DNA of 64,000 bases from an uncultured Planctomycetaceae bacterium (GTDB lineage: Bacteria > Planctomycetota > Planctomycetia > Planctomycetales > Planctomycetaceae). Each line of letters starts with the position of its first letter. Position 1 is the stretch's first letter. Shown here piece by piece: positions 10,647 to 22,370 of the stretch. A model generated the notes under the pieces. It saw only the letters and a list, made by a program, of their open reading frames with translations. It was not told the DNA's origin and did no database searches. The stretch covers positions 96,001-160,000 of the forward strand of contig CAWFGE010000012.1 of the NCBI GenBank assembly GCA_963815195.1, in the 5' to 3' direction. A program made the position numbers and the translations under genes.

Positions 10647-12859
10647 ATGCGACTTCTATTTTTATTGGCTGGCGTTTGCTGCTTCGGAATTCTGCAACCG
10701 GCATCGGCGGCGGAGCGTCCCAATATCATCCTTATGATGGCCGATGATATGGGCTATTCCGACCTTGGCTGCTATGGCGGCGAAATGGAGACGCCGAACT
10801 TGAATGAACTCGCAATGAACGGTTTGCGGTTTACTCAGTTCTATAACACGGGCCGATGTTGTCCCACGCGGGCGTGTCTCTTGACGGGGCTCTATCCCCA
10901 TCAAAGCGGGATCGGCTGGATGATGACCGACCGCGGCTATGACGGTTACCGCGGCGACCTCAACAACCGCTGTGTGACGATTGCCCAGGTGTTAAAACCC
11001 GCCGGCTATCGGACCTATGCGGTCGGCAAATGGCATGTCACGAAACATATCCAACCGGACGGCCCCAAGTTCAATTGGCCGCTGCAACGCGGTTTTGACC
11101 GCTATTATGGAACGATCACCGGGGCGGGCTCGTTCTTTGATCCCGGCACCTTGACGCGCGACAATACAATGGTCTCCCCCTTTGCCGATCCGGAATACCA
11201 ACCCGAGCCATACTATTATACCAACGCGATCAGCGATCATGCGATTCGGTTTATTAACGAGCACGGCGAGAAGCAAGACGCGAAGCCTTTCTTTATGTAT
11301 GTCGCTTTACCTGTGCCCATTGGCCGATGCACGCGTTGGCGGAGGACGTTGCGCGGTACGAGGGCAAGTATGACAAAGGCTATGCGCATTTCCGCAAAAG
11401 CCGGCTGGAACGGATGCAAAAGCTCGGTTTGATTGATGCGGACTGGGAACTCAGCCCGCAGCACGGCGACTGGGACAAGGTGGAGCATAAAGCCTGGGAA
11501 GCCCGCTGCATGGAAGTCTATGCCGCGATGATCTACCGGATGGATCAAGGCATCGGCCGCATTGTCGAGACGTTAAAGAAGACCGGCCAATACGACAACA
11601 CGTTGATTTTGTTCCTTCAAGACAACGGCGGCTGCCAGGAGGGCGTGGGCCGAAACGGCAACTCAAAACGCCCGGCGAAAGCGACGTTGCCTAAGATTGC
11701 CGACGATGCGATTCGGTTGGACGTTATTCCCAAGCAAAACCGCGCGGGTGTGCCGACGCTTCAAGGGACCGGGGTGATGCCGGGACCGGAAGATACTTAT
11801 ATCGCGTACGGGATCGATTGGGCGAACGTCTCCAATACGCCGTTTCGGGAGTATAAGCACTTCGTGCACGAAGGCGGCATTTCGACGCCTTTGATCGCGC
11901 ATTGGCCCCAGGGGATTTCGCGAAAGGGCGAACTCGAAACGCAGCCGGGGCATCTGATCGACCTGATGGCGACCTGCGCGGACCTTGCGCAGGCTCAATA
12001 TCCGAAGTCGCTCAAGGGGGAAATGATCCAGCCGATGGAGGGCGTGAGTCTGGCGCCCGCCTTCTCGGGGAAATCTTTGAACCGCCCGGACGCCATCTAC
12101 TGGGAGCACGAAGGCAACCGGGCGATGCGGGACGGGGAATGGAAGCTCGTCGCCAAGGAGAATGAACCGTGGGAACTCCACAACATGAAGGCCGACCGCA
12201 CGGAAATGCACGACCTGGCGAAAGAGCATCCCGACCGCGTGGCGGATATGTCCCGCCGTTGGGACGCGTGGGCCAAGCGGGCCTCGGTGCTGCCTCTGGG
12301 AGCCTGGCGGGGCAAGAAACAAGCGGATTCGCCGCGGGACTTTTCCCCAAAGACGAGTTTCCGCTTGAAGCCGGGGGCGAACCTTTCCCGGAAAAAAGCT
12401 CCGTATGTGGTCGGGCGGTCGGTTTCCATCAAAGCGCAGCTCGCCGGACCGGCGGGCGAGGGTGTGATCGTGGCCCAGGGCGGAAGCGCGGACGGGTATA
12501 GCTGGTATCTCAAAGACCGCAAGTTGAGCGTCGCCGCCCGGCATGGGGGGAAGCTCAGCATCATCGCGTCGGAAGCGGCGATTCCGTCGGACGCGCGGGT
12601 ACTCGAACTCGAGTATTCCGCGGACGGAACGATCGAAATGAAAGCCGACGGCGAAGTCCTCGCCGCGGGAAAAGTCCCCGGGGCGATGCCGCGAATGCCG
12701 ATCGACGGGTTGCAGGTCGGCCGGGATGCCAAAGGCGCGGTCGGGCCATACGCATCGCCCTTCGCCTTCGAGGGGACGATTGAGAGCGTGACGCTCGAAC
12801 TTCAATCTCCCCCGGCGCCGCCGACAAAGGCCCGCGGGAATAGGCCGCGCCGCGGATGA
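10647..12859 (+). CDS. Arylsulfatase (formylglycine type) with C-terminal LamG-like extension, frameshifted near 11310
   Basis: RPNIILMMADDMGYSD, CCPTRACLLTG (CxPxR), GKWH, DNG and HEGGISTP. Confidence 0.9.
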
Positions 12860-14045
12860 CGGCCAGGCGGCGGATGAACTCGGCCGCGCGCCGGCGTTTG
12901 AGCCGGCGGGACTTCGCGGCGGTCTCGGCCTCCGTGAAAAACTGTTTGACGGTTTCGGGCGGGAGATCCAATCGCCGGGCGATGGGATCCAGGATGCGGT
13001 CCTCATTCGCCAGCGGCGTCTGCAGCTTGAGTTCCATCCGCAATTGCTGCAGATAGGACGCGAGCATCTCGGTCCCGGCTTTCGCGCGGTAGGCATGGAC
13101 GCCCAGGGCATCGGTATGGTCCACGATATTTCGGCGAGGCGGAACGGGCGGCGGCAACAGCGGCCCAAACCGCCGGCTCCGCCACCAGGCGAAGATAATC
13201 GCCAAAATCGCCAATTGGATTGTGAACGGCCGAAACTGCGGGTCGAGCAAAACGCCGACGACCTTGGGAATGCCGGTCGCGTTGAGAGACTCGTCCAAGG
13301 CGATCGTCTTCACCGGCCGGTGCGGTTGAATGGGATTGTCGGGCCGGGCCATCACCAGGGCAAACGCCAGAACCGAATTGTCTTCCCAGGCGATCGACTG
13401 GTTCGAGAACAAAAAGTCCGTGGCGATGACGATCACTCTTCCGTAGCCATATTCCTGGAGGACCGCTTGCACCGTGCCGCCGAACTGCACGAGCGGCTGG
13501 GCTTTGGGGGCTTCGATCCACCCCGACGATTCCCAATACAAGTTGCCTTCCCGCACCAACGTCGTCCGCACGAGGCCGGAGTCGTCGGTTTCGCGGCGGT
13601 CTTGATCCAACTCGCTGAGGGGCTTGACGGAAATGTCCAAATGCGGGATCGCCACTTTGGGGTGGTCGTCGCGGGCGGCGAAAATCAGCGTGCCGCCGGC
13701 TTCGACCCAATTCAAGATCGCGGACCACTCCGCCCGCGTGGGATACCGCGCCGGTCCCAACACGCACAGCGCAGCGGGTTCCGTCAGATGGGAAGGACTC
13801 TTCGCGGCGGCGGTTCCGGCCACCTCGCGGTCCAAGGCATAAAAGCTTCGCGCCACGTGGAGGCCGCGCTGGTCGGCTTCATGCCTCATCAACAGGTAGA
13901 AGCCTTTTTTGCCGTCGGCCTCGGTGCTGTAGGTGTCGTGCGAGACGCCGGAGCGGACGTTCGGAAACCAAAAAAACATCGACCCCGCGACCAACACCGC
14001 CGCGAGCCAGAGAGCATCGGTTGTCAGACGATCCAGAACTTTCAC
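12561..14045 (-). CDS. DUF4350-domain membrane protein; 3' end uncertain because the open frame overlaps the sulfatase end by ~300 bp
   Basis: N-terminal TM, TYST..DGKKGFY, WVEAGGTL, YGYGRVIV, FSNQ, LDE and RRFGP. Lies next to DUF4129. Confidence 0.65.
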   Translation of the reverse strand: MKVLDRLTTDALWLAAVLVAGSMFFWFPNVRSGVSHDTYSTEADGKKGFYLLMRHEADQRGLHVARSFYALDREVAGTAAAKSPSHLTEPAALCVLGPARYPTRAEWSAILNWVEAGGTLIFAARDDHPKVAIPHLDISVKPLSELDQDRRETDDSGLVRTTLVREGNLYWESSGWIEAPKAQPLVQFGGTVQAVLQEYGYGRVIVIATDFLFSNQSIAWEDNSVLAFALVMARPDNPIQPHRPVKTIALDESLNATGIPKVVGVLLDPQFRPFTIQLAILAIIFAWWRSRRFGPLLPPPVPPRRNIVDHTDALGVHAYRAKAGTEMLASYLQQLRMELKLQTPLANEDRILDPIARRLDLPPETVKQFFTEAETAAKSRRLKRRRAAEFIRRLAVIRGAAYSRGPLSAAPGEIEVRASRSQSSPRRRRAMRMARPRLWHPGRPATRRSAFAASPRGLFPRRGLRRRLSFRSFRPRNTRVRVPARPTESPLPTR

Positions 14046-14070
14046 GCGAGGAACTTTAATAAAGAGCGAG

Positions 14071-15324
14071 CTAATCCACGCCGAAGCCGGTTTCGTAGCC
14101 TTTGAGTGATTTCTCAAAATGATCCTGCGTCGGCGCACGGCGGCCGAAGGTGAGCGGCTCGAACACCCGCACGATCGCGTGGAGTCCCTGGTAAGCCCCG
14201 CGATGCCCGCGGACGGCTTTGAGATAATCCCGCACCGTCATGCCCCGGCGGAACCGCACCCAGCCCGCGCGTTCGACCTGGCTCATCGCCCCCAAGAGCA
14301 ACTGCACGACGGCTTCGCGGTAGCGGCCTTGCTCCGCGAGCATCCGCGCCTGGGCCACGTAGATGTCGGCGGGCACGTCGCCGGGGGCCTGGGCGGGCGG
14401 CAAGTCCATCGACGCGGCGGCGCTCGCTTCGGAAACGTGTGCAGAGGGAAGCCGATCGAAGTCGCGAATCGCTTTGATAATCAACCAAACAATCAGGCTG
14501 CAAATCACCGCCAAGACCGTCCAAGCCAAAAGATGAAACGCCGCCCCCACCACCTGGGCGAAGGTGCCGGCTGTCGGACGGCCGACACGGGACGGCTCGC
14601 GATTCGCGGACGGCTCGCGCGGCGTGGGAGCCGGCAGTTGGTCGCCCGCCTGTTGCGGAGGCTCCGGCCCGCCGGCGTTCGGGACGTTGCCTTGGGGGGC
14701 CCGGTTTCCGGGCGGCTCGGCCTTTTCGCCCCCCGCCTGGTTTGGCGGATTCCGATTCCCATGCCGGGCATCGCCCGCGGGATTGTTGGGATCATTCCCG
14801 CCCGGGGGTTGGCCGGCGGGTTCGTTTTGATCGAGTTCATTCGGCCGGCGGTCTCCGGGATTCAATCCCAGGTCGGGATCGTTCAAGGGGTTCTCGACCT
14901 TGTCCCGAAGCAACTCGTCGCCGTTCCCCAAGGCGTCGTTCGCGTTTTTGGGAAAATCATTTCCCCCTTCCGGATTTCCGGGAGGAGCATTTCGCTCGCC
15001 GGGGACGTTCTGTCCTCCGAGCCGGCCAGGATCTTGTGGCCTGCCGGGACCAAGCCGCTCACCGCGTTGGCCGGGCTTGCGTTCGCCGGCTCCGCGTCCG
15101 CCGGTGGGAGATTTCAGCCGCGGGATTCCCGAACCCCGGCGAAGATCGGAAAGCACGCTTCCGCGCTGGCCCGGTTCCAAGCGGGGGAACATGCGAAACT
15201 CCGGCCGCGACAGAATCGTTTCCGCCGTCCGCCGAATCCGGGTTTGGTGCGAGGGAACCTGCCCCCTGCACGGAGACGAGACCCCGCAAACGACCGCGAA
15301 CATCAAAATCAAAGCATAACGCAT
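14071..15324 (-). CDS. DUF4129-domain protein with Pro/Gly/Asn-rich linker
   Basis: Signal-like N-terminus and ILSRPEF. A TM is followed by AEQGRYREAV...TVRDYL...FEPLTFG. Confidence 0.75.
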   Translation of the reverse strand: MRYALILMFAVVCGVSSPCRGQVPSHQTRIRRTAETILSRPEFRMFPRLEPGQRGSVLSDLRRGSGIPRLKSPTGGRGAGERKPGQRGERLGPGRPQDPGRLGGQNVPGERNAPPGNPEGGNDFPKNANDALGNGDELLRDKVENPLNDPDLGLNPGDRRPNELDQNEPAGQPPGGNDPNNPAGDARHGNRNPPNQAGGEKAEPPGNRAPQGNVPNAGGPEPPQQAGDQLPAPTPREPSANREPSRVGRPTAGTFAQVVGAAFHLLAWTVLAVICSLIVWLIIKAIRDFDRLPSAHVSEASAAASMDLPPAQAPGDVPADIYVAQARMLAEQGRYREAVVQLLLGAMSQVERAGWVRFRRGMTVRDYLKAVRGHRGAYQGLHAIVRVFEPLTFGRRAPTQDHFEKSLKGYETGFGVD

Positions 15325-15362
15325 CGGCGCGATTCCGGATCGTTCCGCGCAAGCGAGGGTCT

Positions 15363-16498
15363 TCATAAGTTCAACCCTCGCCTGCGCTTCGGGCTAGAAT
15401 TTTCTCCCGCGGATTCCAGTCGCTGGGTTTCCTGGGCGAGTTGGATCTGGAGATCCCAGCAATCCCGGCGGACCCGTATATCAATATAACAGAAAAACCA
15501 GGCGAGGCGATTGATGGGATAAACCAACAGCGCCGTGGCGGTCAACGCCGCCAGGACGCGCGGATCGTAAACCAGCAGTTGCCAGGCTTGCGAGAGATAT
15601 TCCCCGGCGCCCGCACCGGGCGGAAGGTCCGCCAATCGGCCCAGGAAAATCGGGAAGCGAAAAATCAAACTGCCGACCGCATCCACGCTGACAAATAACA
15701 CGATCCACAGCATGAGCGAATATTGCGCCATCCACGTCGCTCGGCCGAAGAGTTCACCGGTTTCCGCCCTGAGCAGACTTTTGACTTGGGCGGTCTGAAG
15801 CGCGGGATCCAGTCGGGTCAGGCAGGCTTGCTCCAAGGCGAACCCGGTCCGTAGGGCAAGCCAGATGCCAGGGATGATCGTCAAAATCAAAATGGAGCCA
15901 GCCGCCAGTCTTTGACCGGCGGAAAAAACGCCAAGGCCGGTCCGAGGGCGCACACGCTCCGCGTGCAGAGGCTGAAAAAAAACATGCGGCCAGTGCCCCA
16001 ATCGATCCGCTGATAGCGGGCCACGTTCACCAGAGCCTGAAGGGCCACAACAAACCCCGCGAGCCCCAATCCGCCCCACACGGACCAGGCTTGGATTCGC
16101 ACCGATAAGCCCATCCGGTCGCCGACGTTCTCCGCGAGAAACGCCCAGCCCAAGCCCAACACCACGAGGACGAGGCTGATCCCGAACGCGGCCTTCCGCG
16201 AGGAGCGGTTTTCCGCCGGGGCATCTTCCAGCGAATGCCCGAAAACGCGGGGCGCGGCGTCGTTCATAATCAATACGCCCAAGGGCAGCGTGGCAAAATA
16301 AATCAGCACCAAGACCAGCCGCAGGTCCATTTGCCCCCGCAGGGCAAACACGTACACCGCCATTGTGCTCGGGAGCGCCACCAAGAGCCACATGCCCAAC
16401 ACGACGGGCAGAAACCGCCCGATGTACCGCACGGCCAGGTCCAGGCAGTTGTTGGTGCTCCGCGGCACAAACGGGATGATCGGGGAATGGCTGGTCAT
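15363..16498 (-). CDS. Multi-pass membrane protein of the DUF4129/DUF4350 cluster, frameshifted near 15890
   Basis: PRSTNNCLDLA N-terminus, several TMs, and C-terminal YIDIRVRRDCWDL. Confidence 0.7.
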
Positions 16499-16697
16499 CG
16501 CGAGGCGGCACCGCGTGAAAAACGTCCTCCAGGAAGCGAACCGCTCGCTGGCCAGATTCGGGGGGAATTGCTATCTTGAACGGCTCACAAATTCACAACT
16601 CTAACGGCGGGACGCAGAAAAAGCCGAGAGCCGCCCCAGAAAATCTACCTCAACTCCAAAACCATTTTGTGCAAATCTTACGAGGAACGAAAGCACG

Positions 16698-17189
16698 ATG
16701 GGAAAAAATCGCCTGGAAATGCGCCGCATGGCCGAAGCGGCGGAAAAACAAAAGAAAGCCTCCGAAAAAACAGACGGCCGCAAAACCAAAAAACGCAAGG
16801 CCGCCAAACGCAAATCCACCGCCCGCAAAACCAAAGATCGCGGCGCAAGGCGCAAACGCATGGTGTGGTGCGTGTTCAACGGCAGCATGAAGGAAGAAGG
16901 CCGCTTCCCTTACGATCAAAAAAAAGCCGCCGAGGATAAACTCGAGCTTTTGCGATCGAAATCGAAAAAACTGTATTTCCTCCAACCCGTCAAAGAGGTC
17001 ATCGGCGACGTCGCTCCGCCCGTCGCCGATGTCCCGCCCGATGTCGAGGACGAACCGGACGAAGAAACCGTGGATTCGGGAGATGGGGATGAAGGGGATG
17101 ACGACGAAGAACTCCCCCTCGACGATGAAGACGTCGTCGATGAACTCGACGAAGATGAAGACGAAGACTCGAGCGACGAGGAAGAATGA
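16698..17189 (+). CDS. Hypothetical protein with Lys/Arg-rich N-terminus and Asp/Glu-rich tail
   Basis: Plausible RBS (gagga) and coherent 163-aa ORF with core WCVFNGSMKE...FPYDQKKAAE...YFLQPVKE. Confidence 0.75.
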   Translation: MGKNRLEMRRMAEAAEKQKKASEKTDGRKTKKRKAAKRKSTARKTKDRGARRKRMVWCVFNGSMKEEGRFPYDQKKAAEDKLELLRSKSKKLYFLQPVKEVIGDVAPPVADVPPDVEDEPDEETVDSGDGDEGDDDEELPLDDEDVVDELDEDEDEDSSDEEE

Positions 17190-17471
17190 TCCCCGCGGAA
17201 ATCGGGTAGGAGCCGGGGTCGCCCCCGCCATCGTCCCACACCACCGGACGTACTTACACGTTGGAGAGGGATCTTGCATTTCGCGTGGCGAACGTAAGTC
17301 ACCGCGCCGGACTTGTTCCGATTTCTGTTCTTCGAGTCCAAATTTCGCCCTCAGCCCCCTTCAGATTCCGCCTCGCGACGGACACCCCTTGCCTAAGGCT
17401 CACGGTTCCGGTCATTACGGTCCGTAGAGAACTTTCCTCTCGAAAGAAACACAACATGCCAGGAACACACA

Positions 17472-17504
17472 AAGAGGATCGAAGCGCGGAGCCTCGATCC
17501 TCTT
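17472..17504. terminator. Hairpin between convergent genes
   Basis: aagaggatcga-N11-tcgatcctctt inverted repeat. Confidence 0.45.
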
Positions 17505-17579
17505 GTGGTTCTCGGTTTTCATTTCCCAATCGCTCCCAATGCCTCATTGGTCATGGGGGCTTGGTCATTGGGATTTCTT

Positions 17580-19343
17580 TTATTTGCCGTTTCCGTTGCC
17601 GTTCGGTTTGTTGCCGATGGCGTACAGCGTGTTCTTGTTGGCGATGTAGAGCACGTTGTTGGCGACGATGGGCGTGGAGTACACGGAGTTCCCCATGTTG
17701 ATTTCGGCGATCTGATTCTGCTTCTTCGAAAGCTCGAAGATGCACACGTCGCCGTCTTCGTCGCCGATGTAAACCTTGTCTTCGACGATCAACGGCGAGC
17801 CCCACGCGGCGGCGAACATGTCGTATTTCCAATACACCGTCGGCTTGCCGTCTTTGTCGGCTTTCTTCGCGTCGAGGCAGTGGAACAGGCCGCTGAAGTC
17901 CGAGATGAACAAGAGATCGTCCTTGATGGCGACCGTACCGCAGGAGCGGTGCATCAGTTCTTCAAAGTCCTTCTTGCCGTTGTTGTCCTCGTCCATCCAG
18001 GAATAATGCCAGACGGCTTTGGACTTGGGATTGGGGACGATCTTTTCGCCGGCATTGGGATCGACGGCTTGAATCCGGCGGTGCGGAATCGGTTTGCCCT
18101 TGGCGTCTTGGGCCAAGGTGGAGCTGACGTCGCCTTCGCCCGTGGGATCGACGCACCACAAGTGGCCGTCGCCTTCGCCGTGCTCGGGGTCCTGACCGAC
18201 GGCCACATACACCAGGCCGTCGTAAACGACCGGGGTGGCGATGAGGTTGTTGCGGGTGCCGCGGCCGCCCAGGATCCACTTGGAATCTTTGGGATTGGCG
18301 TCGAACTTCCACAAGAGCTTGCTGTGGCCTTTGCCGTCGCCTTTCGGATCGAAGCTGTACAGCCAGCCGTCGCCGCCGGCGAACAGGGCTTGCTCGCGGC
18401 CGCCCAAAACGGCATACGTCGGGGAAGACCATTGGCCGTGGAGGATGTTCGTGCCGGGGGCTTTGTCGGTCCAGAGCACTTTGCCGGTGTTGCGGTCCAT
18501 CGCGATGAAGGTCGGCGCATTCGGTGCGGGCAGGTTGATGTGGGATTCGTCCAGGCCGTTCGAGGTGTTGACCAGAAGAATCTCGCCCGCGCACGTCACC
18601 GAGCAGCTGCACATGTTGTGCTGCGAGGTGCCGAGCTGGCCCATCATGTCATACAGCCAGATCACGTCGGCTTCGTCTTTGTTCTGGTTGGGTTCGTTGA
18701 CGTAGGGGCCGTCGTTTTTGCCGTCGCGGAAGCCCTTGGTATCGAGGCAGGCGACTTCGCCCCGGCTGGTGACGTACCACAGGCGTTCGCCGTCCACATA
18801 GGAAGTGGAGCAAATCCCCTGGAGCGGCCAGTCGTGCACGCGGCCGGACGCCAGCTTGGGGCTGGAATGCTGCCAGAGAAAATCGCCGGTCTTCTCATCG
18901 AAGCACAACAAGCAGCCCAGGTCGATTTGGATATTGTTGTTCCAAGGATACCGCGCGATGCGGCCGCCGGCGTTGTTCGTGCCGACGTAAACGTGGCCGT
19001 TGGCGACGATGGGGTTCCCGTAGGTTTGGGAGCCGAGTTGGGCTTGCCAGAGGATGTTCTTGCCCGTGTCCACGTCCCATTGGGTCGGGATGTCCTTGCC
19101 GAGCGGCGTGTTGTTTCGGAGCGACGAGCCGCCCCACTGCGGCCAATCCAAGGGCTTCACGTCCATCTTGGAAATCCGCTCGAGGGCTTCGCGGACCGGA
19201 TCGTATTTCTCGCTCTTTTCCTGGACGAGCTTCTTGGCCTCGGCTTCGAGTTCCTTCGGAGCGTCGGCCCGGCCTTGCGTGAGTCCTAAGATCACCGCGG
19301 CGGCCAGCAAGCCGGCGGCCGTGACATTCAAAACCAATTTCAT
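17580..19343 (-). CDS. PQQ-binding-like beta-propeller protein (BamB-like, planctomycete type)
   Basis: Signal peptide, DWPQWGG, GSQTYGNP, repeated TG..LW blades, WGSPL and YSTP. Confidence 0.85.
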   Translation of the reverse strand: MKLVLNVTAAGLLAAAVILGLTQGRADAPKELEAEAKKLVQEKSEKYDPVREALERISKMDVKPLDWPQWGGSSLRNNTPLGKDIPTQWDVDTGKNILWQAQLGSQTYGNPIVANGHVYVGTNNAGGRIARYPWNNNIQIDLGCLLCFDEKTGDFLWQHSSPKLASGRVHDWPLQGICSTSYVDGERLWYVTSRGEVACLDTKGFRDGKNDGPYVNEPNQNKDEADVIWLYDMMGQLGTSQHNMCSCSVTCAGEILLVNTSNGLDESHINLPAPNAPTFIAMDRNTGKVLWTDKAPGTNILHGQWSSPTYAVLGGREQALFAGGDGWLYSFDPKGDGKGHSKLLWKFDANPKDSKWILGGRGTRNNLIATPVVYDGLVYVAVGQDPEHGEGDGHLWCVDPTGEGDVSSTLAQDAKGKPIPHRRIQAVDPNAGEKIVPNPKSKAVWHYSWMDEDNNGKKDFEELMHRSCGTVAIKDDLLFISDFSGLFHCLDAKKADKDGKPTVYWKYDMFAAAWGSPLIVEDKVYIGDEDGDVCIFELSKKQNQIAEINMGNSVYSTPIVANNVLYIANKNTLYAIGNKPNGNGNGK

Positions 19344-19386
19344 AACAGGTTCTCCTCGTGTGATAATGGGGGCGGCTCGGTTGGCT

Positions 19387-19450
19387 ATCAGCCGGAACGC
19401 GGTAAGGTCCGGTTCTCTCCGTGAACCGGGGCTAGCGCCCTGCGGCTAAT
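19387..19450. repeat. Inverted REP doublet (AGCCG...CCGGTTC family)
   Basis: atcagccggaacgcggtaaggtccggttc-N7-gaaccggggctagcgccctgcggctaat. Confidence 0.75.
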
Positions 19451-19463
19451 CAATGCGAAACTG

Positions 19464-22071
19464 TCAACCTTTCGGGTTCGAGTACACTTTGATGTTGTCG
19501 TAAAACGAGCTCGGCGTCCTTGGCGTTGCCGAAGGTGCCGGGGCTGCCGGTGAGGTTTGGGCTGGGATCGTCGGCCTCCACGGTCCACTCCTTGGGTTCC
19601 GGTTTGTCGCGCTCCCAGACCTTGCCTTTGAGCACCGCGTTGCCGTCGTTTACGCCGGCCTGGAACTTCAAGCGATACCAGACGCGGGGTTTCCATTCGA
19701 ACGGGGCATTTTGAGCCATCCGCAACTGCGGCGTCCAGGTGCGAATCTGCAGCTGCTGGGACGCTCCCATCAAGTCCAGCGTGTACCGTTGGGCGACCAG
19801 GCCGATGTCCGGCAGCCGGCCCGCTTTCTCGGACGCATACACGTCGGCTTCGATGGTGTAGTCGCTGAGATCGACCGGTCCCATCCAGCCTTGGCTCCGC
19901 ATGCCTTTGGGGATCGTGGTGATCTTCATCATCACGCCGTTGCCGTCGATCTTTCGCGGGCCGCGGTTCACGATCAGGCGGACGCCTTTGAAGGTGTTCT
20001 CCCCGACGGTGGTGGACCACTCCTCCCACTTCCAGTCGGAAACGACCTGCTCGCCTTTGAGGATTTCCAGAAGCGGGTCGATCGCGGTTTTGGATTTCGC
20101 CAGATCGCCGGCGTCGTCGAGGATGTTCATGAACGTGGCAAAATCAGTCCAGCCTTTGCGGGGCGTGCTGTCGTCGTACTTGGCGGTCTTGGTATTGTTG
20201 TTGATGAACGTGCTCATCAGGAAAATGTAAAGCTCGCTCGCCGCCGGGTTTTGCTTTTTGAGCTTTTGCAGAAGGTCAAAGTCGATGGGGATATGCCGAT
20301 AGCGGATGCCCACCCACGTTACGGGAATTTCGCCGTTGTCGAAGTTGTAGCTCCAGGGCAAGGGCGGGATGATGCGGATGCGGGCCGAGCCGGTGAGGTC
20401 GCCGACTTTCGCCGTGATCAAAGCCTGATCGGTGACGGGGTCGATCGGGGCGACGTAAACGCCGTTTTGCACCTGGCCCACACCTTCGACTTTGTATTCC
20501 ACCTTATGCTTCAAATCCCCGGCGAGGCCGACGTATTGGCCGTTCTTATTATACAGCCGGATTTGCAGCGGCTGCCGTTCGCCCGGCTTGAGCCAGGTTT
20601 CCACCGGACACACGGCGGCCTGCGCGGGAACCGCATCGTCGCCGGCGTGCGGGATTTTCGGCGGCGCGGGCCGCGGATCGGTGGCGGGTTCCATACTCGA
20701 TTCGCCGATGCAGTACATCGCATCGCTCGTGGTGATATACATCCGGCCGTGGGAAACGATCGGGGAAGCGTGGACATCGCCAATCCGCAGGCGGTCGCTT
20801 TCCACGACGTCGAACCCGTCCTTGGTCGGTTTGAAGACCCACCAACGGGCGTTTTCGCAAAGGATATAAACTTTGCCATCGACATACAGCGGGCTGCTGA
20901 AGGCCGGTCCGCCGAGGCGTTGTTCTTTGAGCAGGCTGCCGGTTTCCAGGTTGACGCAAAGCAGCGTGCCGCTGGTGCTGGGGTCGCTGATGGCGAAGAC
21001 TTTTCCATCGACGACGACCGGGGCGCCTTTGCCCACGTACATTTCGGTTTCCCGCCAGATTTCCCCGGTGTCGGGGCCTTTGATCGGGCCATGCTGCGTG
21101 CCGTCCAGGCAGAACAGCGCGCCCATTTTCGTGGTGTCGAGGTTTTCCTGATTGTGGCCGCAGATGACTTTATCGCCGACCACGACCGGCGTGGTGCTGA
21201 CGCCGCGGGCGGAGACGTCATACGACCAGATTGGCTTGCCGGTCTCGGGCTGGAAGGCATCGACGCTGCCGTCGCCGGAGGCGAAGACCATCGCCGGTTC
21301 GCCGTTGAAGGCGGTGAGCACCGGGCCGCTGTAGGTCGTGTCGTCCGGCAAGAGCCGGGTGCCGTTGAACCAGACCATTTCGCCGTTTCGCTGATCGAAC
21401 GCCATGAAGCGATGCGCCGGCTTGGCCATGTCGCCCCAGCCGATAATCACCGCGCTGATAATCACCAGGTTCTTGTAGGTGATGGGCATGTTCGTCCGGC
21501 CGCCGTAGGTGCTTAAAAGACCGTATTCCTCGCTGAGCGAATGCGACCAGAGCGTTTTTCCGGTCTTGGCGTCGAGGCATAGAAAATACCCGCATACGCC
21601 CAAGGCGAAGACTTTTTTCGATTCGGGATCGCCGACCACGCAGGACCAGCCCACGCGGGTGTCGGGCACGTCCGAAAGATACACGTTAAACCGGCTTTCC
21701 CATTGAATCTCGCCGGTGGCGGCATCGGCACAGACGACTTTCTCGCCTTCCATCTTCGTGCCGGGCTGATCCCGCACGAGCGTGTAAAGCAGGCCGTCCA
21801 TCACGATGGGCGTGGAGCGGGTGGCGAGTTTTTCGTTTTTCCAGATGAGGTTGTTTTCGCCGACTTTGTCGGGAGACCATTTGTCGGGGATGTTTTTCTC
21901 GCGGGAGATGCCGTTCATCTCCGGCCCGCGCCAATACGGCCAGTCCATCGCGGCCGCGTCCCACGGTTCGCCCGCGCGGACGGCGCTTTGATCCGAATCG
22001 AACAATCCGCCGAACAAAACCCCGGCCGCCAAAAAAACGGCTGCCAAGCGCAGTAGCTGTTTTCGGTCCAT
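19464..22071 (-). CDS. Large PQQ-binding-like beta-propeller protein with C-terminal lectin-like domain (frameshift near 19505)
   Basis: Signal peptide, DWPYWRGP and propeller blades. Corrected C-terminus reads ...AELFYDNIKVYSNPKG*. Confidence 0.82.
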
Positions 22072-22370
22072 GGTGCCCTTCCATTGCCAATGATTTGTGG
22101 AGTGAGGAATCCCAGGCGGGTGAACCGTCCGCCCGCCCAAGGGCGGCCGCGCGGACGATTCGCATCGATCGAGGCAAAAATGTATGTGGCCTCCGATTCC
22201 GCCTGTAACAATTGCGGAATCTGGAGGATCTCTCCTATCACGATAATCAACCGCCCTCCAGACAGCAAGCAGACGCGAACCCTGTTCGCGCTTCTCTTGT
22301 CGCCCGGGCGATCGGATTTGTAGGATAAGCCACAAAAACGGCGACTTTCCAAAAGATCACGGAGACAACC

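Noticed and set aside
16916..17341. Poly-Ser ORF on the minus strand
   Set aside because: It is the antisense shadow of the GAC/GAA-rich acidic tail.
17580..22071. BamB or kinase identity for the propeller proteins
   Set aside because: No lipobox or kinase motifs. They belong to the expanded PQQ-like family.
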